From positions 558,001-622,000 of the forward strand of contig JBLDXI010000043.1 of the NCBI GenBank assembly GCA_047495785.1: a stretch of DNA of 64,000 nucleotides. Reading direction: 5' to 3'. The DNA is from Lepidodermella squamata. Lineage: Eukaryota; Animalia; Gastrotricha. The position numbers and the translations under genes are program-made. The notes beneath the pieces were generated by a model. That model saw nothing but the letters and a program-made list of their open reading frames with translations. It was not told the DNA's origin and ran no database searches. Below are positions 24,075 to 35,633 of this stretch, in pieces (position 1 is the first letter of the stretch; each line of letters starts with the position of its first letter).

Positions 24075-27000
24075 TTCATTCTGAAAACAACATCGATTTT
24101 TTGTTTTAATTTTTGTAACCTTGGTCGCGTGCTTTGCAGTGCTAAATGACGCTTTCACAGCAAGACCTAGGGGAAATCAAAAAGATCTCCGAGGCCTCTA
24201 GCAAGCAGTTGCTTGATAAACTCGAACAACTTATTACTCGCCTCGCCGAACTTGAAAAGCAAAATTCTAAACAAGCTGCTACCATCAAGGAGCAAGGAGA
24301 GCGCATTTTCAGGCTTGAGTTGCGACTCAACGAAGCCGATGAACAACGTCTTCGACATACGGTGGTACTTCACAATGTGGAGCCGGCGGCAAGCGAAGTC
24401 TACTAGTCTCGCCCAGCACGTTGAGAAAAAGGTCCCAGACCTAGCTGGTGTTGAGTTCGAGGCTTTCCGCATGTCTCGCCAAGCCCCGAAACTGGTCAAG
24501 GTCGTCGTCAAAGGCGCCTCGGCTGACCAGGTTGTGAGGAAGGTTCTCGGCAATCGATCTGTCAAAAAATTTCGAACCGCCTTCCGGCAAAAAATCAACA
24601 AGGCTCTTTCGGCCAAAATCAAAGCTCTGCAGGACCTTCGTGCTGGCTCTGGTCAAGGTGAGCTGGTGTTCAAAATTCGGCTCAACGGGCTCCGGCTCGA
24701 GACTGAGGGTGCTGGCACATTCGCCTACGACCATGTGGCTGATGCCTTCGTCCCGATCGACATTGGAACGGATAACGTCTCAACCGGTCGGCGCGGCGGC
24801 AAGACTGGCGCGTAGGTTTCAGCAGGGCTACCTTTGAACCATGAACAATCTTGTGCTCTATCGTTTATTCTGTTTGCTATATCTGTTTATAGTCTAAATT
24901 GCAGGAGTGTAAAAAAAATAATTTAGCTGCCTTAACTAAATTTCTGATTTCATGTGAATATGACGTAATATGTCTTTGTGAGACGTGGCTATACCCTGGC
25001 ATCACTAATGCTATGTTAGAAGTGGGTTGTTATCGCGTGGCAGCTCGACGTGATAGGCCTACAAGGGCCGGTGGTGTGTGCATTCTTATAAAAAATCACT
25101 TCCAATTTTACGAGATCGATAAATTGAATGTAGATTCTGAAATTGTGGCTATTAATCTAATTTGTTCGAATAATCTATCAATTACTATTGCTTGTGTGTA
25201 TCGCCCGCCTTATAACGATGCGCCTTATCTGTCTGACCTAACCAAATGCATGAATTATCTGTGTGAAACTTCCACTTCTACAATTATCTTTCTCGGTGAT
25301 TTTAATTTTCCTCGCATTGATTGGCTAGATCCGAATTCTAACATTTTCAGCGATAAAACACTAGAATCAACTTTTCTGAATTGTTGCCAAGAAAATTCTC
25401 TCAGCCAATTAGTCTCTAAACCCACTTATCCCTCTTCAAACAGCATACTTGACCTTCTTCTCACTAACAACGCATCTTTAATTCATGATGTCGATGTCAA
25501 TTGCCCTTTTATCTTTTCTAACCATGACGCGGTCACTTTTAAAATTAAGCTCGAAAATCCCGTCCTATCGGAAAATAATTTTAATAATTCCAATAAAAAT
25601 TTCAGAAAAGCCAATTATGATGCCATATCTCGCGACCTTGCCAATGTTGACTGGATCACCTTCTTCTATGGCATCAATGACGTTGATTCAATGTATAAAA
25701 AATTGTTAATTCTTCTGAATGAACTCGTAGAAGCGCACGTGCCTAATCGCATTTTTCGTTCTCCTAATTCTTCTAATACTTGTAAATATCCTAAGCATAT
25801 ACGTCGTCTCGCTAAGAAAAAATTAGACATTTGGAAAAAACTGAAAAAATTACAAAAAAATTCCTTTGATCATTCTGTTCTTCTAACCAAATATAAAAAA
25901 ATATCTTTAAAATATGAAAAAACCGTGAAAGAATTCAACAACAACAGTGTGGTCAGCCTGATTGCTTCGAATAATATTCGCCTCTTGTGTAATTATGCTA
26001 ATAATCGTCTCAATTCTCGTTCTCATATTCCGGCTCTTGTCAATGCGCAAAATAATATTTGCACCTCTGATGTAGACAAGGCGGAGGCGTTAAATACTCA
26101 ATTTTCTTCTGTTTTTACCGTTGATAACAATACTTTACCTCCCATTTCTGAAAATGTCTCTAATCTAAAGCTCTCTTCTATCGAAATTGAGGACATCACA
26201 GTCCTAAATTCAATGCTGAGTCTATCTGATTCGTACGCCATCTGTCCTGACGGTCTCCCTACCATTTTCTTCAAAAAGCTCGCGCACTCCTTATATAAGC
26301 CTCTTGCTCACATATTCAGATTTTCTATTTCTCTATCTCATTTACCTAAAATTTGGCAAATTGCGTCTGTCAAACCGATACCAAAAAAAATTAACTCGAA
26401 AAGGCCGGTTGATTATCGACCAATTTCTTTGACCTCAGGGGCCTGCAGAATTCTTGAATCACTTATTAAATCGGCTATTCTTGATTTTTTACTTGAAAAT
26501 TCCTTAATTACAGCCGAGCAACATGGGTTTTTATCTCGCAAGTCGACTGCCTCTCAAATGCTCGAATGTTCCTTGGATTGGTGTTTTGCCATAGAATGCG
26601 GCGAATTCGTAGATATTGTATATATTGATTTTGCGAAAGCCTTTGACTCCGTATGTCACTCGAAGCTACTCGAAAAATTATCCCGCATTGGTCTTGATGG
26701 CGAAATTTTAAGTTGGATTTCTTCATATCTTTCTAATCGCACTCAATACGTTGTTGTAAATAATTCTGCTAGCTCTACAACGTCAGTCACTAGTGGTGTC
26801 CCTCAAGGCTCTGTCCTGGGCCCCTTACTTTTTCTCATTTATATCAACGATTTAGTTCCTATTCTTCCTGATGGAGTCAAAGTCAAGCTATTTGCCGATG
26901 ACTGCAAGTTGTATATAAAATTTTCTTTTGATAACGCGTTATTTTCTTCTTCTAACCTATCTCTCGCTCTTGAAAAAATCTTCGCTTGGGTCAGTGATTG

Positions 27001-27900
27001 GCAGCTCGGTCTCTCGTTTGAAAAGTGCGCTGTTATGCATCTTGGCCACAATAATCCTCATATTTCTTACTCTATTGGTGGACACAAACTTTCGATTTGC
27101 AATTCTTATAAAGACTTGGGCATTATTGTTGACAATGAACTTACCTTCCGATCTCACTATAATTCCATCATAACTAAACCCTACAATAGCGTTAATACTA
27201 TTCTTCGTGCTTTTAACGGCCAATCACCCTCAATGCTTACGTGGGCGTACCGTGTTTATACTAGGCCCTTGTTGGAATATTTACCTTCTCTTTGGTCGCC
27301 CTATAAAAAATGTGATGTGGAGCTTATCGAAAAAGTTCAAAAATATTTTACTCGCCGTGCTCTAGGCTTTAATTCTTATGACCTAACTCGCCCTTCGTAC
27401 AAAGAACGGCTTCGAATTTTAAAACTTGATTCTCTCGAAACTCGCCGCATTCACCTTGATCTTTATCTTCTTTATAAAATCTATAATAATCAAATTGATA
27501 CTTCGATCTCAAGAAATATACAATTACTTGATTCTAATACTCGCGGCCATCCTCATCGCCTCATGTTTTGCCTTCCTAACGGATCCTATCGTAATGCTAC
27601 CAAACCTATTTTTATAAATTATTTTCTAAATCGTGTCTTGCTTATATGGAACAATCTTCCTGATTCTGTTTTCATTTCTTCGGATAATTTTACTACCAAA
27701 TTCAAATTTTTCAAATCCAAAATTACTAAACTCGACTTTTCCAAATACTGTCCGTCCTGTAACTGATATCTTTTTATACATTGTGATTTGTGAATAGTAA
27801 AACTGCATACTCTTATTGTCGCACAACTCGATTAACTTACACTATATATGTACTAATTGGTTCAAAGTTAGCGGCCTGCGTGCCCTTTTGAAACCACGAA
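24075..27900 (+). mobile_element. Near full-length CR1-like LINE: ORF1 (24146-24815, one frameshift) and ORF2 with APE endonuclease and RT (about 24880-27766)
   Basis: ORF1 coiled coil plus VVLHNVE; ORF2 SLNCRS, DVICLCETWL, GDFNFP, ILDLLL, NHD, YRPISLTS, DFAKAFDSV, GVPQGSVLGPLLF, LFADD; boundaries approximate. Confidence 0.92.
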
Positions 27901-30568
27901 TTTCTTTTTGTACCAAATTTTTATACGAAAGTATATTTTTCGATATTTTTCGAATAGCTTTTTTCGTTTTAAAAGCAACTTGCCTTTTTTCGCGAATTAA
28001 ATCGCGTGCTACCACACTCTATTCATCTACACTAATAATCTCTCAATGGAACAAGTCAATGAGGAGGCTCAAATCGCCCAGCTAAGGGCAGAAGTCGACG
28101 AACTGAAGGCAGAGGTCAAGGAGCTTAAATTGGCTGCCAGCGATCTGGCAAGAAGAACCAGTCGTATAGAAGGTCATGTGTGGCGAGCTTCGCTGCTCGT
28201 TGGAGGCATTCCCGAAACCGCCCGCGAATCCGAGGAACTTCTAATCGACAAGGTATACGAGGCGGTACCGATGCTTTGCAACGTACCGATGACTTGCCAG
28301 CGATTCGGACCCCCTCGCAGAAACGCGGAAGGTACCTTGATTAACCGTCAAATACATGTGACTCTTACGCCGGAGGCGGTTTCCTGTGTCTACTCCTGTG
28401 TCAACGGGGTTTATATCCCTCCCTAGCAGTTCTATATACTAAGATCCTTGGAACGGGCGAATACCCAGAATGCTGGCGTAAAGCATTGCTGATCCCTATT
28501 TATAAGAAAAACAGCCGATTAGATCCTAAAAATTATAGACCTATCTCACTTCTGTCAGTATTTTCCAAAATATTTTCAAGTATCCTAGAGAAACGCTTGC
28601 GAGAATGGTGCACGGCTAAAAAAATATTACGCCCCGAACAGTTCGGATTCACGCCAAAAATAGGCACAGTAGATGCGTGTACTCTATTCTACGCCATCGT
28701 GGCTTATTACCTTACTAGGAAAAAGAAAATATACACAGCCTTCGTAGATTTTTCAAATGCGTTCGACAAAATTAGCCGTGCTCTCTTAATGAAGAAGCTT
28801 AGAAAAATAGGACTGCCTTTGTCCTTTATTGAGGTCATTAGGAACATGTATGCCGACAATACATTGCTGCTTAGAATGAAATCGACTATTCTATTCGATA
28901 AGCCAATAAAGTCAAACGTGGGAGTCCGACAGGGTGACCCATTATCACCACTTTTGTTTTCAATTTTTATAAACGATCTCATTCCTTTCCTAATGAAAGT
29001 TTTCCCTGGCTTGACCTTCGGTGAATATGTAGTCTTGGCAATCCTATACGCCGATGACTTGGTCCTACTGGCAGAAAGCGCTGAGCAGCTGCAGAGCCTC
29101 CTGGATGAGCTAGTAGCTTATGCTGAAGAAAATTCATTAATAATTAACGTCGATAAAACAAAAATCTTGATTTTTGAAAAGAACTTTGTTGAGAATAATC
29201 AACTAAAATTTTATCTAAACGGCGAACAACTCGAAAGAGTTAAAGAATTTAAATACCTAGGAGTTTATTTTACTAATAATTTGAATTTTGATAAAATGGT
29301 GGAGGTTGTCAATGCGAATGCGAAACGAATTGCCGCTTTTATACCCAACATGATCGATCGGTTCACCACATATCTACCACCCAAAACGTTTCACCTTCTC
29401 TATAATTCCTATCTGGTTAGCAACTATTCCTATGCTGGAGGATTTTGGGGTCAATCAAAAAAGGCCAAAATTTTTCCTTTCAATACTCATTTCGTAAAAC
29501 AGCTCTGCCGAATTCCCGCCGCGGCGAGAGACGAGCTCGTGAAACGTGAATTCTACCTAGACCCTCCAAGCCTAATCCTCACTAAAGCAGCTATACGTCA
29601 CTTTCTTAAACTCAAATTCGAGGACAACCATATACTGCTGAAGACAGCTTTCGAAATAATTGACTCAAACAAAAATATATATAAACATATCTTCAAAAAT
29701 TTACCAGAAGATGTTGAAAAATTGGGCGGATAAGAAATTTTCAATGCTACATCTAAATTTGAGGGCCTAGCCCTGCTTGAGAGATGGTATGAGAAATGGG
29801 TCGAAAATGACAAATGGTCGACGACCTCTTCTCTAAAATCGCTCTATCAAAATCCTGTTTACTCTGAAGAAAAATTTGACAAACTACTAATGTACTCGAG
29901 TACGCGGCAAGCTTTCTGGTCACTTAAAAATATCCAAACGCTAGCTATGATTAGAACTAATTCCATTCATAAACCGTTTTGCTTTATAAATAACTTCGGC
30001 CTTAGATGTATTTTCTGCTATAAAAATAGTAACAATCCCGTCCTATCTCTAAATAGCTTCGCTGACTCAGTAGAACTTTTAACTCACCTATACCTAGAAT
30101 GCAACTACTTGCCGTATCTACATAATATAAATAACGCTGAAATGAAACCTGATAAAACTGACATAATTAATTCTATAATTTGCTGTGAATCTAGCGGCTC
30201 TGCACATTTATCGAAATTACTATCCCTCGCCTACAATTACCGGATGACTCTAAAATTGCATACATATCCGCCTATTCCATCTACCTAATCTTGACCAACT
30301 ATATCGGCAATATTAATAAAAAATGTGAATAAATATTACTCTGAGCATCACTCTGGAAAAAATTACCTCTGCCTATGATATTTTTGTGTGTGTGGTACCA
30401 TACTGTGCTATATTACATTTATTATATATTATACGATATTATTATAACGATATTTCTGATGCGCCCGAAGCCCAATCGTGGCCGGTGCTTTTATTTTCGT
30501 TTTGAAACAATAAAACCAACAGCTATTTATTTTTCGAAATAAACATAATAATAATAATAATAATAATA
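27900..30568 (+). mobile_element. Second non-LTR retrotransposon (RTE-X/L1-like RT), internally deleted, with a (TAA)n tail
   Basis: ORF1-like 28046 to about 28400 (coiled coil plus LLVGGIPE) abuts the RT at about 28410; NYRPISLLS, QFGF, DFSNAFD, GVRQGDPLSPLLF, YADD; in-frame TAA at 29731; C-terminal CxxC...H...C; (TAA)n at 30546-30568. Confidence 0.88.
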
Positions 30569-31545
30569 TTGTTCATCATTTTCATTTTCACCGATAGCCA
30601 TTATGCATAGCTATTCACATTACTGCAGAAAATTGCTTTCCTCAGCAATGGCGCAATTCAGTGTAAACAATTCAGTGAGAAATATCGATATCGAATTCGA
30701 AGCACGAAGAAGTGAGAAGAAAGTGAGAAAAAGTACATACGCGTTGCGCAAATTGCCGCAGAGGGCTGCACATAGTACAATATAAAAGGGAGCAAAATCA
30801 TTATTTTTACTTGTCCCTTTATCAGTGCCCAGTTCTTTCAATAATTTGAAATAAGATAGACAGAAAAAGCTGAAATAATGAAAAATCGTAGACTCGGTCA
30901 AAACGACTAGGCCAAACGCTTGTCTAATAACTGTCCAGCGTGTCGTCGTCGCTCTTTCTTGAATTCGACTACAAATAGCTGCCTTATGCACACAATGAAA
31001 TGAAGCAGAACTTTAGATGATTGCAGTGCATGAATTAAGTTCTTGCGCTAGAAATGAAACCGCAATGCCTCTGCAAAACAAAATTGAGGAAACGATGTGG
31101 CCGATCGACACGATAAAAGTATAAAGAAGACAGCTACGCACGTGGGAATTATAGATCCATTCCAATTCGGCCAATAATGAAATTGGCATGAAGTGCATGC
31201 ATAACTGCAAAGCAGTGGTTATGTTTCCTGCGTTACCTCAGTCACAAAATTATTGCAACAATTCGAAGCCCGAACATGAATGCATACCAGTTAGAGCCGT
31301 GCATTCGACTTGAAATTCGTGTCCCCATCATCGATTCTGAGGCAACATCTTCGGGATATAGAGACGTAGTAAATCGACGAGCCATATTATTATCTCAGAA
31401 ATGGCAGAATTCTTGAAATTAGTGAAGCACGTCGTAAACTGTTTTCAAATACCTTGCAACTTGCAAGTGGCAAGTAAGATCAGGTCTAACTTCGCTTTTT
31501 ATTCAGTTCAGCTTTAATAGTTAGGTAACGATTGCCGGTTAGGCA

Positions 31546-33505
31546 TCATTGTGTCACTGTGTGGTTGCTTTGTGCAGCGTTCGACTGATCCGCGACATTG
31601 TTTCGATTTCTTGAGCCCATCTGAGCCAGGATGGCCTTGTCGTAGAAGCGTGACGCAAACTGGCCGTGCCAGCGAGTAACAGGGTCGTCGAAGAAGATGG
31701 GCGGGCGGAGAGGCATAGTTGGCCGTTGTCCACGGCTTCTGCTTCGACTTCGAGATCTCGATACGAAGCTCGAACTTGCGTCAGAGGGCGAGGAAGAGCT
31801 GCGGGCACCTCCGATCACAACTTGAGCAAACTCGCGCCGGCGTTCGATCATCATAGGTGTACACAGCACGAAAGCGAGCGATATCAAGCATCCTAAAGAT
31901 TGGAAAGGCAAATGTCAAATGTCAAAATAAGCCAACTTGAACTTTTGCAGCCTGCTTTCAGTTCTCGCTAAACTACATTCAATTCGAATCGGACCAAATG
32001 ACCAAATGAATTCGTCGTAGTCGTAGTCCCCTAAACCCCCGCAAAGGCAAAGGCCCGTAAACCGTGGAGGACTTTAAATAAAGCATTTTCATTCGGTCAT
32101 TTGGCCAATCGATCGGTCAACCATTTTCAATTGGTCTCATTATCTCCCGCCCTGCAGTCTCATTGCGTCTCGTTGCAGTTTTTCATACCTAGGAACATTG
32201 CAAAGAATGCGAGTGAGACTGACAGCGCTTCAGCCGCATATTTCGCATCGTCGAAAAGGGCCGAGTCGAAACAGCCCTGCGTCGCCCAGGCCGAAGACAA
32301 GCGAACAGTCGCGTTTCGGCTCGCATTGGCGTACTGCATGGTGTCGTTGAGGCACGCTTCGAACTTGCCCATCTGACAGCACGCCATTGGCACGCGTCGA
32401 AGCGTGAAATTGCCGTACGTTGAGTTGAACACCTTGCGCCATTTTCTCGTGTGCCAGAACGACTCTTCGCCATCTACGCCACAGCAGTTGTAACGGCGTT
32501 GCAGGAAGTTGGCGAGACGCGAGAAGTCGTTGAAGCTCATGTCGCCGCGATAATTAGCCGAAAACGTAAAATTCGCCATTTCTCTTGCATAGTCAACGGC
32601 ACCCTGGAAAATACGAAAAAAATCATACATGGATTTATGGGAATGTGAATTTTGAAAACATTGCAGGAAAACTTGGAAAGCTTCATTGAAATTAAATTAG
32701 GCCATCGGTAGGCCTGGATAATTGAGAACTAATTAGGGTTAAAATGAAATTGTTTAATTACCGTACTGCCCGTAACTAATGTCAGCCTCAAATAAATGTC
32801 AGGGTAGGAATTTGGTCGCTGGGTCGAGCATTCGAAAGTAATAAATGACATGGTTTTTAATTCGGGCAGTACGGTAATTCATTGCCAAAAAATCAGTTTT
32901 CAGATTGAAAAATGAGCGCTTAACAATTTAACTAAATTCTTCGATTTTTCAAAATAATCCGAAATTTTGAAAATTTGAAATTGTACTTTTTCGTATTAAC
33001 TCACGTATTGAATAACCGGATCTTTCGCCGTCCAATAAACAATAAGAATGCCGAATAAAATTGTAAAACTGGTAATGATGATACCAATATAGACGCTGAT
33101 GCTCCAAAAATGCGGCCACGTGACGGCTGAAATTCCGAGCAGGCCAACTGCGAACAGAATCAGCCCGATGACTATAACAGCCGCCTTCATATCCGACGAG
33201 AATATATTGCTCAGGTCAAGGCATTCCGTGTACAGCCGCAATGGGTAGATTTCCTTGAGCGCATCTCGAAGCAGGTCCCTGTAGATGAAACAGAGGCCTT
33301 CCTGTGAGAAGGCGATCAAAAATCCAATAATAATAATTCCAGCTCCGATTAGGGTCAAAATCGTGTTGACAACAAGCCATGTTGTAACTACACAAGAACG
33401 ACTCTAGCCGAAAATTTTTATAATGATTTTCAAATTTAGAAAAATTATAAAGAAATTACTTTTCTCAGGGTCATTTTTTCGGGATCGAAAATTTTCTTCA
33501 GCCAT
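31546..33505 (-). CDS. Tetraspanin, 4 coding exons (about 33460-33505, 33006-33388, 32190-32603, 31546-31893)
   Basis: Four TM segments; large extracellular loop with YNCCG, VPMACC and TQGC; GT-AG junctions preserve the frame. Confidence 0.85.
32761..32874. mobile_element. Tiny Tc1/mariner-pogo-like MITE (114 bp) in a tetraspanin intron
   Basis: TIR CCGTACTGCCCG / CGGGCAGTACGG flanked by TA on both sides. Confidence 0.75.
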
Positions 33506-35633
33506 CGTAAAATGTCGTCCATTTTATGCCGCAAAAGGTGAGTAAATTTTATACATCAGCCTAACGTATATCCTATACATGTGTTGCGCGTAAAACTTGA
33601 GCCCTTGCATGTAAGTTAGTTGTATCCCTCAGCCTACTCCGAGCGTTGTTACCTTAGCGTTGTTTTCACATCCCGTGCTCGTGTAGCTAGAGCCCTCTCT
33701 ACTTACCTACGTGCTCGCCTGTGTTGCATTGAGTAAACAACCGCAGTGGTATTGCAGTGCGAGAGCGAGCGAGAGAGTGGCCGCTGCTTTTGAAGAAAAA
33801 ATAAATCCGCGTGTTTCCTTTCTTGGGCCTCGAGGGGCGACGCGTTGGGACATTTTTCACGTCTACAAGTTCACATTTTTTCATTAAGCGCCAAGCCGAA
33901 AGTTTGAGCTTCACGCACCATCGTTGCGGATCACATTTTTCCGATTCACTCGAATATTTGTCTAAAAAATCGAAAATTCTGGAAAGCAGTAACTGAAAAA
34001 TATGACAAGTTATCATTGGATAAGGTTCATTTTTCGTTGAAATTGTTGTTATTCTCAAGAATCAATGATTTGAAGAATCGATACTTGAAATTTTTTTCGT
34101 GGCGCGAAAATCTACCGCGGTTTGATAAGCGGACATAATTTCAAATTTTCAGGTAGTTATCACTGATTTCGAGTTTCGAAAATGTTATTATTATTTCTTC
34201 TTCGTTACAAATGTGCAAATCCGGATTAGGCAAATGCTCTCACTACTTGATGGAATTTTTTAATATTTTTTATTCGTTCCTGTCTCAAATGCTGCGATGT
34301 GTTCCCACATTCCTCTGATTTTGTTCAAGGATTAGAATTGCTGAGCCATTTAATGAGTTGTCTCACATTTCAACAGTGATTTCTTCCCATTAATGGATAT
34401 AAATCGAAAAATCCTTGCCGAAAACAGCTGTCCAGCGTGGGTTGCATCAATTAGCAACAGGCCGGATCGACTGCGAAAAAAACAACAACAAATGATACAT
34501 GTTGGCGATTATGGAGCACGGTTGAGTGACGATGCCGAGTTGGTGGCTCTCGCGATGACCACTTTTTCCAGGATAAAAAGCCTTAACAGAAAGTTATACG
34601 CACGTTAACCTTGATCTTATATGCGCGCGCGCGCTGTTTTGTTACGCGCTCTCGTAAAAAGATGCGCGAGTGTGCGCGCACTTTAATGCGCGCGCGCGTA
34701 GTAAATTATTACTGCGCAACAATAATCTGCGGTGCGGCGATCATCGCGCGGCTAAATTGCACGGCGAAGAGTCGCGAGTGTCGAGTGATAGCGACCATGC
34801 TACCTCGCTGCCCAGTGCTACCTAATATAACTTATAACTACAGCTCATCGTTAGCTCGTTTTTTCTTCAAGCTTCTCCCTTGATATTCCAATATTGCTAG
34901 GCGCCATACGTTAAACGCCTCAAAAACCGCAGCAGCTGTTCATCAATAAGCCGTTAGTCGAAGTTATGCGTAACGTTTACTATATTTACCTACCAACTGG
35001 TTTTTTTTACCAAGTCCTTAAATGAGAAAAACAGCCCCCTTATTCGCCACTGATAATCTTCAAAAATGACTCTCACAAGAAAATTATTGGACCTCTCTAA
35101 CTGAAAATGACCACCATTTTCAATTCAATATATTTCGGTCTATAGTATATGTAGAAAACATATTAAAAAATTTCGAATAATTTCTGAATTTTTTTATGCT
35201 ATCAGTATTTTCAGTAATTTTTAATTATTGAAAATTTCTTTGCCTAGAAAGCGGAGCCCAGTTGAAAATTTGGATAGCTAGGAAGTAGTAGGTATAAGCT
35301 ATTAATTAATGAATAGATAATTTTCTGCAATTTGTAAGCATTTACACTCGAAGCAGTTTTGAATTCTTGTTCCGATGATTTCAAGTTACTTGGCTTTATT
35401 ATTTTTGGAAAATTTCGAAACTTTCAAAAATTAACATAAAATCTATTTAGAGTAATTAGAGTAATCATTCAAACATCACTGATCATTTCTATGATTTGTA
35501 TAGAAATTGCGAACTCAGGTGAATTGGATTTTTTAGGTCTCAATATTGGGCCGATAACAATTATTGATACTATTTTTTTAAATATTTGTAGACTTTTTTC
35601 TTGTTAAGTGAAAAGAGGGTGAGCAGTAGAAAA

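Noticed and set aside
10068-24146. Apparent association of ankyrin genes with CR1-like insertions
   Set aside because: Only two cases, on opposite sides of the genes; not distinguishable from chance
4744-29733. In-frame TAA codons in an ankyrin gene (4744) and a LINE ORF2 (29731) suggesting stop-codon reassignment
   Set aside because: TAA terminates myosin, the Gly-rich protein and the Trp-rich proteins normally; both cases are better explained as decay
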